Source: Candidatus Tritonobacter lacicola
GTDB taxonomy: Bacteria > Auribacterota > Tritonobacteria > Tritonobacterales > Tritonobacteraceae
DNA length: 64,000 bases
Assembly (NCBI GenBank): GCA_030765135.1
Contig: JAVCDC010000009.1
Location: 5,682-69,681, forward strand
Reading direction: 5' to 3'
Positions 57,177 to 64,000 of the stretch are shown piece after piece; positions within the stretch are counted from its first letter, which is position 1; each line of letters begins with the position of its first letter. The position numbers and the translations under genes are program-made. The notes below the pieces were generated by a model, which saw only the letters and a list, made by a program, of their open reading frames with translations, did not search any database and had not been told where the DNA came from.

Positions 57177-58363
57177 TACTTCGACTCCCCTCCCAGAACT
57201 TCTATCCCCTTGATAAGATCGACCGCCATCTCAAGCTGTGAATCGGCAGGGGTGTCCTTCTCGTCCACGTCAACGCCCTCCCGGATCTGCTGAAGCAGGG
57301 CTTCCTCCCCGGGACCGATGATGACCTCCACGTCCGGCTCTATCCCATCGCCGTCAAACGAATCTTCACCGGAAACGGCGTACCGCCCGACCGTAAGATG
57401 AAGGCAGAGTGTTTCTTCCAGCGGGATGTCCTTCTGGATCGAGCCGTCACCGAATGTGGTGGAACCGATCAGGACGGCTTTCCCGGACTCCTTGAGTGCG
57501 CCAGCCACAACCTCCGCCTCGCTCGCCGTCCCGCCGTTTACAAGAACCACAATGGAGACGTCGGGAGGAGGAGCCGAAGGGGCCCTGATCTCCTTTCGCT
57601 CACCTTCCAGGCGGCTCTCTATCGAAGCGATCTTCTTCCCGTCTCCTATAAGGTAGCCGGCAACCGCCACCGCCTCATCAATATCCCCGCCGGGGTTGTC
57701 CCTCAGGTCGATAACCAGCCCCGAGACACCATCTTTCGTAAGTCCTTTCACCCCCTTGATAAACTCGCGGCCGCTCCCTGCCGGGAAAGAGGCAAGGCGC
57801 ACATAGCCGGTCGCGTCTTCCAGGGGAATACACTCCACCATGCCGGGGGATGTCACCTCCTGCATCTGGAGCACAACATCATTTGTTCCCTTCATGCCTT
57901 CCCTGTATAAAGTGAGCTTGACCTCGTCCCCGGGCGCACCCCGCACCATACGGCGTATATCATCGAGGGTTACATTCCTCATAAGGTCCCCGTTCACCTT
58001 TATGATCCTGTCCCCGTGGATAATCCCGGCCTTCGCGGCGGGGCCGCCCTCAACGGCGCTGATAACGGTGAGGAGGTTGTCCATGATAGCGAGCTCAATG
58101 CCGATACCGGCACTCCCGACCTCGCCTTCCTTCTTTATATAGCTGTAACGGTCCAGGGATGCCATCATCCCTCCCACCGCCCCCATCATGAGATCTCCCG
58201 GCCCCACGTCACGGTAATAATCCTCGTCCACCATCGTTACCACATCGGTAAAGAGGTCTAAATTATCGAGAAGGTCCTTCTCTTCGTCCTTCTTGCCGGA
58301 AGCCAGCAGGGAAAGAGCCAGTAATAAAATTAGAGGTGGGAGAAAGTAGTTTTTTATCCGCAT
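57176..58363 (-). CDS. S41-family C-terminal processing peptidase, second paralog
   Basis: Signal peptide (MRIKNYFLPPLILLLALSLLASG); PDZ (GDRIIKVNGD); DLRDNPGG; VLVNGGTASEAEVVAGALKE; GSTTFGDGSIQ. Confidence 0.85.
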   Translation of the reverse strand: MRIKNYFLPPLILLLALSLLASGKKDEEKDLLDNLDLFTDVVTMVDEDYYRDVGPGDLMMGAVGGMMASLDRYSYIKKEGEVGSAGIGIELAIMDNLLTVISAVEGGPAAKAGIIHGDRIIKVNGDLMRNVTLDDIRRMVRGAPGDEVKLTLYREGMKGTNDVVLQMQEVTSPGMVECIPLEDATGYVRLASFPAGSGREFIKGVKGLTKDGVSGLVIDLRDNPGGDIDEAVAVAGYLIGDGKKIASIESRLEGERKEIRAPSAPPPDVSIVVLVNGGTASEAEVVAGALKESGKAVLIGSTTFGDGSIQKDIPLEETLCLHLTVGRYAVSGEDSFDGDGIEPDVEVIIGPGEEALLQQIREGVDVDEKDTPADSQLEMAVDLIKGIEVLGGESK

Positions 58364-58370
58364 TATCCCG

Positions 58371-59327
58371 TCACCCATACCGGGGTTTTGATTTCCTCTT
58401 CAGTACATCCCTGGCCGCGGCCACTATATCTTTTGCCTCGAGCCCGTACTCGCGCATCAGGTCATCGGGGTGTCCCGACTGGCCAAACCTGTCCTGGATC
58501 CCCACCATCTTAACGGGCACGGGACACTCCCCGACCACTATCTCCGAGACAGCGCTTCCAAGGCCGCCTATAACGCTGTGCTCCTCGGCGGTGACGATGG
58601 CTCCCGTCTCACGGGCTGCATTGATAACAGCGCTCCCGTCAATGGGCTTTATCGTGTGCATGTCTATAACACGGGCGCTGACACCCGTCTCGCCGAGTTC
58701 CTCCGCGGCCCGCAGTGCCGCTTCAACCATTATCCCGCACGCGATTATGGAGACGTCCGTTCCCTCCCTCATCACCACGGCAACGCCGATCTCGAATGGG
58801 TCGTCCTCAGAGGTGACGACGGGGGACTTTGACCGCCCCATCCTGATATAAAATGGTCCGGATTCCGCGGCCGCGGCTTTAACAGCTTTCTTCGCCTCCC
58901 AGTAGTCGCAGGGAACCATTACCCGCATGTTGGGGATCGTCCTCATGATGGAAATGTCCTCGACGCTCTGGTGACTCAATCCGTCCGGCCCGACGCTCAC
59001 ACCGCCGTGGCTTGATACGATCTTGACGTTCAGTTTAGCCGCCGCGACGGTATTGCGCACCTGTTCCCAGGCGCGGCCGCTCGCGAAGATGGCGAACGAG
59101 CTTGCGAACGCCACCTTGCCGCAGGCCGCGAGGCCGGCGGCCGTGTTTATGAGGTTCTGCTCGGCGACCCCCATATTGAAGAACCTGTCCGGAAAAGCAT
59201 CGCGGAATTTCGACGTCCGGGTGGACCCGGCGAGATCCGCGTCCAGAACGACGATGTTTTCGTTGACGCCCCCGAGCTCGACGAGTGCCTCGCCATAGCC
59301 GTCTCTTGTCGCCTTCATCTCAGCCAC
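58371..59327 (-). CDS. transketolase, C-terminal (pyrimidine-binding + C-terminal domain) subunit
   Basis: ...RDGYGEALVELGG...FNMGVAEQNLINTAAGLAACGK...SHGGVSVGPDGLSHQ..., characteristic of split transketolase subunit B. Confidence 0.88.
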   Translation of the reverse strand: MAEMKATRDGYGEALVELGGVNENIVVLDADLAGSTRTSKFRDAFPDRFFNMGVAEQNLINTAAGLAACGKVAFASSFAIFASGRAWEQVRNTVAAAKLNVKIVSSHGGVSVGPDGLSHQSVEDISIMRTIPNMRVMVPCDYWEAKKAVKAAAAESGPFYIRMGRSKSPVVTSEDDPFEIGVAVVMREGTDVSIIACGIMVEAALRAAEELGETGVSARVIDMHTIKPIDGSAVINAARETGAIVTAEEHSVIGGLGSAVSEIVVGECPVPVKMVGIQDRFGQSGHPDDLMREYGLEAKDIVAAARDVLKRKSKPRYG

Positions 59328-60153
59328 AACCCAGCTCCTCCAATGCCTGCTTACACTCCTCCTCGGTGGGCGCTACCCCGTGAAATCCTATCGCGTGTTC
59401 CATGAACGAGACGCCCTTTCCCTTCACCGTCTTCCCTATAACGATCGTCGGCATCCCCTTGACCTCTCCGGCGTCATCGTACGCGGCGAGTATCTGTGAC
59501 ATATCGTGCCCGTCGATCTCGATGACGTTCCAGCCGAAAGCCCGCCACTTCTCGGGAATTGGCTCGGGGTTCATCACATCCTGGAGGCGGCCGTCTATCT
59601 GCAGACCGTTGAAGTCCAGCACCGCGCAGAGGTTGTCGAGCGAGTAGTGGCCGGCTGCCATCGCGGCCTCCCATATCTGCCCCTCCTGGATCTCGCCGTC
59701 TCCAAGTAGAACGTAAACGCGGTAATCTTTCCCGTCGATTCTCCCAGCGAGGGCCATGCCGTTTGCTATCGAAAGGCCCTGGCCCAGGGACCCCGATGAC
59801 ATGTTCACTCCCGGCGTTTTGAGCATGTCCGGATGCCCCTGGAGTATGCTTCCGCATTCGCGGAGCCGTGCAAACTCGGATTTCGGGAAATACCCGCATT
59901 CGCCCAGGGCGGCATACCAGAGTGGGGCCGCGTGCCCCTTTGAGAAGAGCATCCTGTCCCTGTCCGCCCAGTCGGGCTTGAGGGGGTCGTGCCTGAGCTT
60001 GTGAAAGAAGAGAGCCGCGATCATGTCGGCGGCGGAGAGGGACCCGCCCGGGTGGCCGCTTTCGGCCCTTGCGATCATCTCCACAACATGGCACCGCAGC
60101 AGTCTTGCCTTATCCGTAAGCTTATTAATTAACTCTGGAGAATATTTCTTCAT
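59320..60153 (-). CDS. transketolase, N-terminal (thiamine-diphosphate-binding) subunit
   Basis: ...GHPGGSLSAADMIAALFF... and GDGEIQEGQIWEAAM (TPP-binding GDG-x-E-G motif). 277 aa; overlaps the C-terminal subunit gene by 8 nt. Confidence 0.88.
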   Translation of the reverse strand: MKKYSPELINKLTDKARLLRCHVVEMIARAESGHPGGSLSAADMIAALFFHKLRHDPLKPDWADRDRMLFSKGHAAPLWYAALGECGYFPKSEFARLRECGSILQGHPDMLKTPGVNMSSGSLGQGLSIANGMALAGRIDGKDYRVYVLLGDGEIQEGQIWEAAMAAGHYSLDNLCAVLDFNGLQIDGRLQDVMNPEPIPEKWRAFGWNVIEIDGHDMSQILAAYDDAGEVKGMPTIVIGKTVKGKGVSFMEHAIGFHGVAPTEEECKQALEELGCG

Positions 60154-60250
60154 GTATCACGCCCGATGCGTTTCTCCGAACCGCTCGACTTAATCAACAA
60201 AACCAAATGATTGTTGCTCACAGCAAGAGTAATCCGTCTAATCAGCAGGC

Positions 60251-60871
60251 TTATTCCAGCTCCTTCACCTCGAAGAAATTCGGGCTCTGGCCTCCGACCT
60301 TGAACTTCATCGTCTCGAGCTTCGTGTCGTTCGGAGATAGGAACTCGCTTATAAATAGGACGCTCTCCTCGGCAATGAGCTTTCCATCGGTGTCAAATAG
60401 CAGGATCTGGAACTTGGGCAGCGCGCGCTTGCTCGTATCGTTCCTCATGAATATGTCCGCCGTTACCGTCCTCTTTCGGGGCTGGTACTCGAACGTTATC
60501 TGGTCGATGTACTCGAGCCCCTCTATGTTTCTCTGGTATATAGCATCCCCGCTCCTGAAAAACTGAAAGAGGCCGGGCTGCTTGGACCTGCGGACGTAGC
60601 GTTCGAAGTCGGTTTCTATCACGGTCTTATCCGATGTTATTATCGGCATCATCTCATCCTCCTCCGGCGCCGCGACGAGGCTGATTTCCTTTATATAATC
60701 CGACACTCCGACTTCCTTGAGCCTGGACTTGAACGTGGCGACCTCCTGCCTCAGGGCCGCGTTCTGGGAGCTGACGATTGCCCGGAAGCCGAACACCACG
60801 GAGATAAGAAGGGCGGAGACAACAATGGCGATAGCCATCGTGTAATTTGTATTCACCTTGAAATCAGCCAT
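60251..60871 (-). CDS. signal-anchored protein of unknown function
   Basis: ORF 60251..60931. Likely start MADFKVNTNYTMAIAIVVSALLISVVFGF (single N-terminal TM), which avoids overlap with the upstream gene. No motifs recognised. Confidence 0.45.
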   Translation of the reverse strand: MADFKVNTNYTMAIAIVVSALLISVVFGFRAIVSSQNAALRQEVATFKSRLKEVGVSDYIKEISLVAAPEEDEMMPIITSDKTVIETDFERYVRRSKQPGLFQFFRSGDAIYQRNIEGLEYIDQITFEYQPRKRTVTADIFMRNDTSKRALPKFQILLFDTDGKLIAEESVLFISEFLSPNDTKLETMKFKVGGQSPNFFEVKELE

Positions 60872-60881
60872 AGTAAATACC

Positions 60882-62102
60882 TCATTTTTTCCTTGTTGAC
60901 GGAGGAGGCGGACACGACCTCGAGAAGACACGCTGTTTCAAAAGAGAGAAGATGGACTGCCGTTTCAGCATCGCGTCGTAGGAGAAGAGGATAACACCGC
61001 CCGCCCCAAGGCTCCTTACATCGCGTATCTGAGCCAGAAGCGCGGACGGCTTATTCGTAAGCAGATACGCGCCCAGCCCTATGCACGCTCTTCTCCCTCC
61101 GGCCGATGATACGGCTACTTTAGTCCTGTACTTCATCATTCTGGAGTCAATAGTATAATTCATAGGCGCCACGAAATCCAGAAGCCCATCCTCCATCCAC
61201 CTTCGCCAGTCCTGAAAATACTCGCTGTACGCCCTGCCCGCGGACGCGAAGACGGCTGCCGACAACTGCATCTTCGGGTTGATCTTCCTCAACCGCCTGC
61301 CAGCCGCCCTTACGAAGTCCGTCACCCTGTCTCTCCGCCATCCGTCCCATAGCTCGCAGTTCTCCCTGTTTTTCTTCATCTTGAGGGGATTCAGTCCGGA
61401 CTTGGCTTTGAAAGCCGCTACGGCCCGGGTCCCGTATCCAAAATCATTCCCCCCGGAAAACAGCGACCCCGCGCCGGAACTTCCGGGGGATGGATACCTT
61501 ACAAAATCAAGGTGGATGCCGTCAAGCTTAGGGTATCTTCCGGCGAGCTCCCCGACCAGTTTCAGCAGATACTCGTTCACCCTCCCGTCTCCCGGATCGA
61601 GCCAGTATCCCCCGTCCGGAAGCTTTTTCGGAGGGTAAGAGAGGAGCGACTTGCCTTTTCCGTCGCAGGTTATTGCGCCGCGGCCGATCCTCTTCAAAAT
61701 CGGGGCCCTCATGTTTTTTAGAATCCTGTAAACATTTACCCATGCGTGTATCTCGATTCCACGCGCGTGCGCCTCTTCGATTGAGAAAGTCAGGGGGTCG
61801 ATACCGTATTTCTTGCGGAAGCTTTCGCACGGCCCCGAATCCGCGAAAGACGATCTGAACCAGGCCTTGTTTCCACGGTGCACCTGGAGAAATACCGCGT
61901 TTATGTTGGACGAGGCCGCGCGGTTAAACATCCCGGATATCTTCTCTTTCGACACCAGCGTGTCATTCGAGCCCTGGCACTCCACCCACAGTCCCCGCAT
62001 CTCAGCTGTCTCTGCCGCCGCGGCAGAGACAGCGGGAGCTGACACGGCGACCGCTGCAGCCATAAAAAAAGACCTGAGCTTTGCTTTATCGAGAAAATTC
62101 AT
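60882..62102 (-). CDS. glycoside hydrolase-like family 10 (GHL10/YngK-like, TIM-barrel) protein, secreted
   Basis: Signal peptide (AAAVAVSAPAVSAAAAE). ...RGLWVE...NINAVFLQVHRGNKAWF...GIEIHAWVNVYRI...GIHLDFVRYP..., typical GHL10 (PF02638) blocks. Confidence 0.65.
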   Translation of the reverse strand: MNFLDKAKLRSFFMAAAVAVSAPAVSAAAAETAEMRGLWVECQGSNDTLVSKEKISGMFNRAASSNINAVFLQVHRGNKAWFRSSFADSGPCESFRKKYGIDPLTFSIEEAHARGIEIHAWVNVYRILKNMRAPILKRIGRGAITCDGKGKSLLSYPPKKLPDGGYWLDPGDGRVNEYLLKLVGELAGRYPKLDGIHLDFVRYPSPGSSGAGSLFSGGNDFGYGTRAVAAFKAKSGLNPLKMKKNRENCELWDGWRRDRVTDFVRAAGRRLRKINPKMQLSAAVFASAGRAYSEYFQDWRRWMEDGLLDFVAPMNYTIDSRMMKYRTKVAVSSAGGRRACIGLGAYLLTNKPSALLAQIRDVRSLGAGGVILFSYDAMLKRQSIFSLLKQRVFSRSCPPPPSTRKK

Positions 62103-62117
62103 TGCAGGAGCAATAAG

Positions 62118-62255
62118 CTAAAAGGCGATGCCCGGTTGCAGGGGGCGATTTTCCCAGGGCTCGGGGCGCGCCCAGGGGAGGGACGAGCCCCCCTTAGGTG
62201 TAGAGCAGCCGCAGATAACGGCAACGGCAAAAACTATTATTAATAAACGCCACAT
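62118..62255 (-). CDS. small secreted peptide (45 aa), speculative
   Basis: Start at the internal Met, preceded by GAGGA 7 nt upstream. Hydrophobic signal (MWRLLIIVFAVAVICGC) followed by a P/W-rich tail. Coding status uncertain. Confidence 0.25.
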   Translation of the reverse strand: MWRLLIIVFAVAVICGCSTPKGGSSLPWARPEPWENRPLQPGIAF

Positions 62256-62372
62256 CTGTAATCCTCGACGCCGCACAAAGCTATAGTATCGTCCCCGGGG
62301 TGTCAATGGAGAATATTTCTTGAAACCTCGCGGGATGGGATATAGATTACATGACGATTGGACGACGAAAAG

Positions 62373-64000
62373 ATGTTACGACTCTTCAGAAAGCGCGCCA
62401 AGGTAATTCTGTGGTGCATCATATTCGGTGTTGGGATTCCCTTTATCCTGTGGGGAACCGGCGCCAGCCGGCGCGGCCTCGCCAGCCGTGAATACATCGG
62501 CGAGATATACGGCAGGAAGGTATCCGGGGCGGAGTTCTTCAGGGATAAACAGGCCCTGAGGATACTGGCCCTCCTGCGGGGAGAGCGGACGCAGGAGCAG
62601 AACATAGACGGCGCCGTGTGGAACAGGATAATGCTCCTGGAGGAGGCGAAGAGGATGGGCCTCACCGTCTCCTCCAGCGAGATCGCGAAGGCGATCGGCA
62701 ACATCCCGGCCTTCATGACCGGTGGCCGTTTTTCCGCCGAGACTTTCACCTGGATTCTTAACAACTGGCGGATTTCAACGGCGGATTTCGAATCGATGGT
62801 GGCCGATTCGCTGCTCATCAACAAACTCCAGATGCTCATAATGAGCACCGTTCTCATATCGGACGGGGAGGTCCGCGACATCTATTGCGTGGATCACGAG
62901 AAGGTCTCCATCAGGTACGCCCTCTTCCCTCCCGCGGAGATACCGGGGGACATCGAAGCGGATGAAGAGGAGCTGCTGTCGTACTACGAAGATAGAGAGG
63001 GTGAGTTCCGGGCCCCTGAAAGTATATCGATAGCGTACATCGTCATAGAGGCGGGGCCTCCGCCGGAAAAAATCACCGCACCGGTGGAGGAGGAGATAGA
63101 GCGGTTTTACAGGGCCAACCCGGAGCGGTTCAGGCACGGGAAGAGAGTTAGGGCACGGCATATTTTCATCGAGTCCCCGCCGGAAGGTGACAAGGGGAGC
63201 ATAAACAAGTTCGAGTCCAGTCTCCGGAACATCAAGGCGAAGATAGAAAATGGAACGGATTTCGCCAAGCTGGCAAAAAAATACTCCGATGATAAGGAAA
63301 CAGCCCCCCGGGGCGGAGACCTGGGCTACGTTGAGGCCGGCCAGCTCGATGGGAAGCTTTCAGAGGCGGCTTTCTCTCTCGACGCAGGTGGTGTCGAGGG
63401 GCCGATAGCAACGGAGGCCGGACAATATTTCATAATGGTCGAGGATACGCAGGAGCCGGGAATAAAAGAAATCGGCGAGGTGCGGGATGAGATAGCCGGG
63501 ATATTGCAGAAAGAGCGCGAGATTCGCGCCGCAGAAGAGGCGGACGACAGGGCAAGCCGGAAGGCCCTCTCCCTCTCCCTTGCCTTGATAGACGACCCGG
63601 ACCTTGCCGGGCAGGCCGCCGAAAACGGGCTTTCCCTGGAGAGAGCGGGACCCTTCTCGAAAGACGAGCTTCCCGGCGGCCTTCCCCAACAGGTTGCCGA
63701 AGAGGCGTTCGGCCTGGCGGTGAACGAGATAAGCGATCCCGTATCCCTGCCCGGCTCGGAATACGCGATATTCACCGTTCTTAAAAGAGACGAGGAGAGG
63801 ATCCCTCCGCTCTCCGAAATACGGGAGAAGGTCATGCAGAGCTACACGGAGTCCCTCTCGAAAAAGAAGGCCGGGGAGGAGGCGGGGGAGATCCGCGGAA
63901 AAGTTGTACAGCTCATGAAAAATGATGACATCGACTTCGGGTCGGCCTGCGGTAAGCTCGGGATCGAGACGAAGGTCAGCCCTCCTTTCTCGATTGCAGG
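62373..64000 (+). CDS. PpiD/SurA-like periplasmic peptidyl-prolyl isomerase (parvulin domain), 3'-partial; runs off the window end
   Basis: Not in the ORF track because it has no in-window stop. ATG at 62373 gives MLRLFRKRAKVILWCIIFGVGIPFILWG (N-terminal anchor), a SurA_N-like region, then a parvulin core (RVRARHIFIE...KYSDDKETAPRGGDLGYVEAGQL...GPIATEAGQYFIMV). Open to position 64000. Antisense ORFs 62303..62881, 62775..63161 and 63326..63835 are shadows of this gene. Confidence 0.8.
   Translation, partial: MLRLFRKRAKVILWCIIFGVGIPFILWGTGASRRGLASREYIGEIYGRKVSGAEFFRDKQALRILALLRGERTQEQNIDGAVWNRIMLLEEAKRMGLTVSSSEIAKAIGNIPAFMTGGRFSAETFTWILNNWRISTADFESMVADSLLINKLQMLIMSTVLISDGEVRDIYCVDHEKVSIRYALFPPAEIPGDIEADEEELLSYYEDREGEFRAPESISIAYIVIEAGPPPEKITAPVEEEIERFYRANPERFRHGKRVRARHIFIESPPEGDKGSINKFESSLRNIKAKIENGTDFAKLAKKYSDDKETAPRGGDLGYVEAGQLDGKLSEAAFSLDAGGVEGPIATEAGQYFIMVEDTQEPGIKEIGEVRDEIAGILQKEREIRAAEEADDRASRKALSLSLALIDDPDLAGQAAENGLSLERAGPFSKDELPGGLPQQVAEEAFGLAVNEISDPVSLPGSEYAIFTVLKRDEERIPPLSEIREKVMQSYTESLSKKKAGEEAGEIRGKVVQLMKNDDIDFGSACGKLGIETKVSPPFSIA

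Noticed and set aside
62303-63835. Minus-strand ORFs 62303..62881, 62775..63161, 63326..63835, 63360..63689
   Set aside because: Antisense to the well-supported PpiD-like gene, and their products are low complexity.
1-64000. CRISPR arrays, rRNA genes, integrase/recombinase genes
   Set aside because: I looked for evenly spaced short direct repeats and for rRNA-like conserved stretches and found none. No tyrosine or serine recombinase motifs were seen near any of the tRNA genes.

Overview
This is a high-GC (roughly 60% by eye) bacterial chromosome window. It is dominated by minus-strand housekeeping operons with several accessory patches. The split transketolase, class I fumarate hydratase, LarBC, radical SAM enzyme and numerous TPR proteins suggest an anaerobic, Gram-negative-type organism; no phylum can be assigned. 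Core genes recognised: smpB plus ssrA (tmRNA), rpsP-KH-trmD-rplS-rnhB-yraN, murA, prmC-prfA, rpmE, rho, coaE, polA, pilT, larC-larB, tsaD, two S41 C-terminal proteases, split transketolase, two M16 peptidases, class I fumarate hydratase alpha/beta, and an aspartate-type aminotransferase. RNA genes: tRNA-His(GTG), tmRNA, tRNA-Leu(CAG), tRNA-Arg(TCT), tRNA-Pro(TGG). Accessory or unusual content falls in five places. (1) 0.4-8.6 kb: secreted nitroreductase, TPR protein, OmpR-type two-component system, a Tat-signal radical SAM enzyme, a zinc-ribbon/PilZ-like pair and two unknowns. (2) 8.7-11.2 kb: tRNA-His, a PHP phosphoesterase, an IS200-like HuH Y1 transposase homolog abutting a truncated ADP-ribosylglycohydrolase gene, then tmRNA. 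(3) 26.0-28.2 kb: a tRNA-Arg to tRNA-Pro islet with tandem paralogous secreted proteins, an AT-rich nucleoside 2-deoxyribosyltransferase-like gene and a 34-bp direct repeat of the tRNA-Pro 5' end. (4) 43.0-43.2 kb: an AT-rich imperfect palindrome between coaE and polA. (5) 49.3-54.7 kb: a phosphate-uptake cluster (DUF47, two Na/Pi cotransporter-PhoU fusions, standalone PhoU) with an ATTCATGAAT palindrome pair and three hairpins in its intergenic region. No CRISPR array or rRNA was seen. A PpiD-like peptidyl-prolyl isomerase gene runs off the 3' end and is missing from the ORF track. All domain calls rest on motif recognition by eye; no database search was run.
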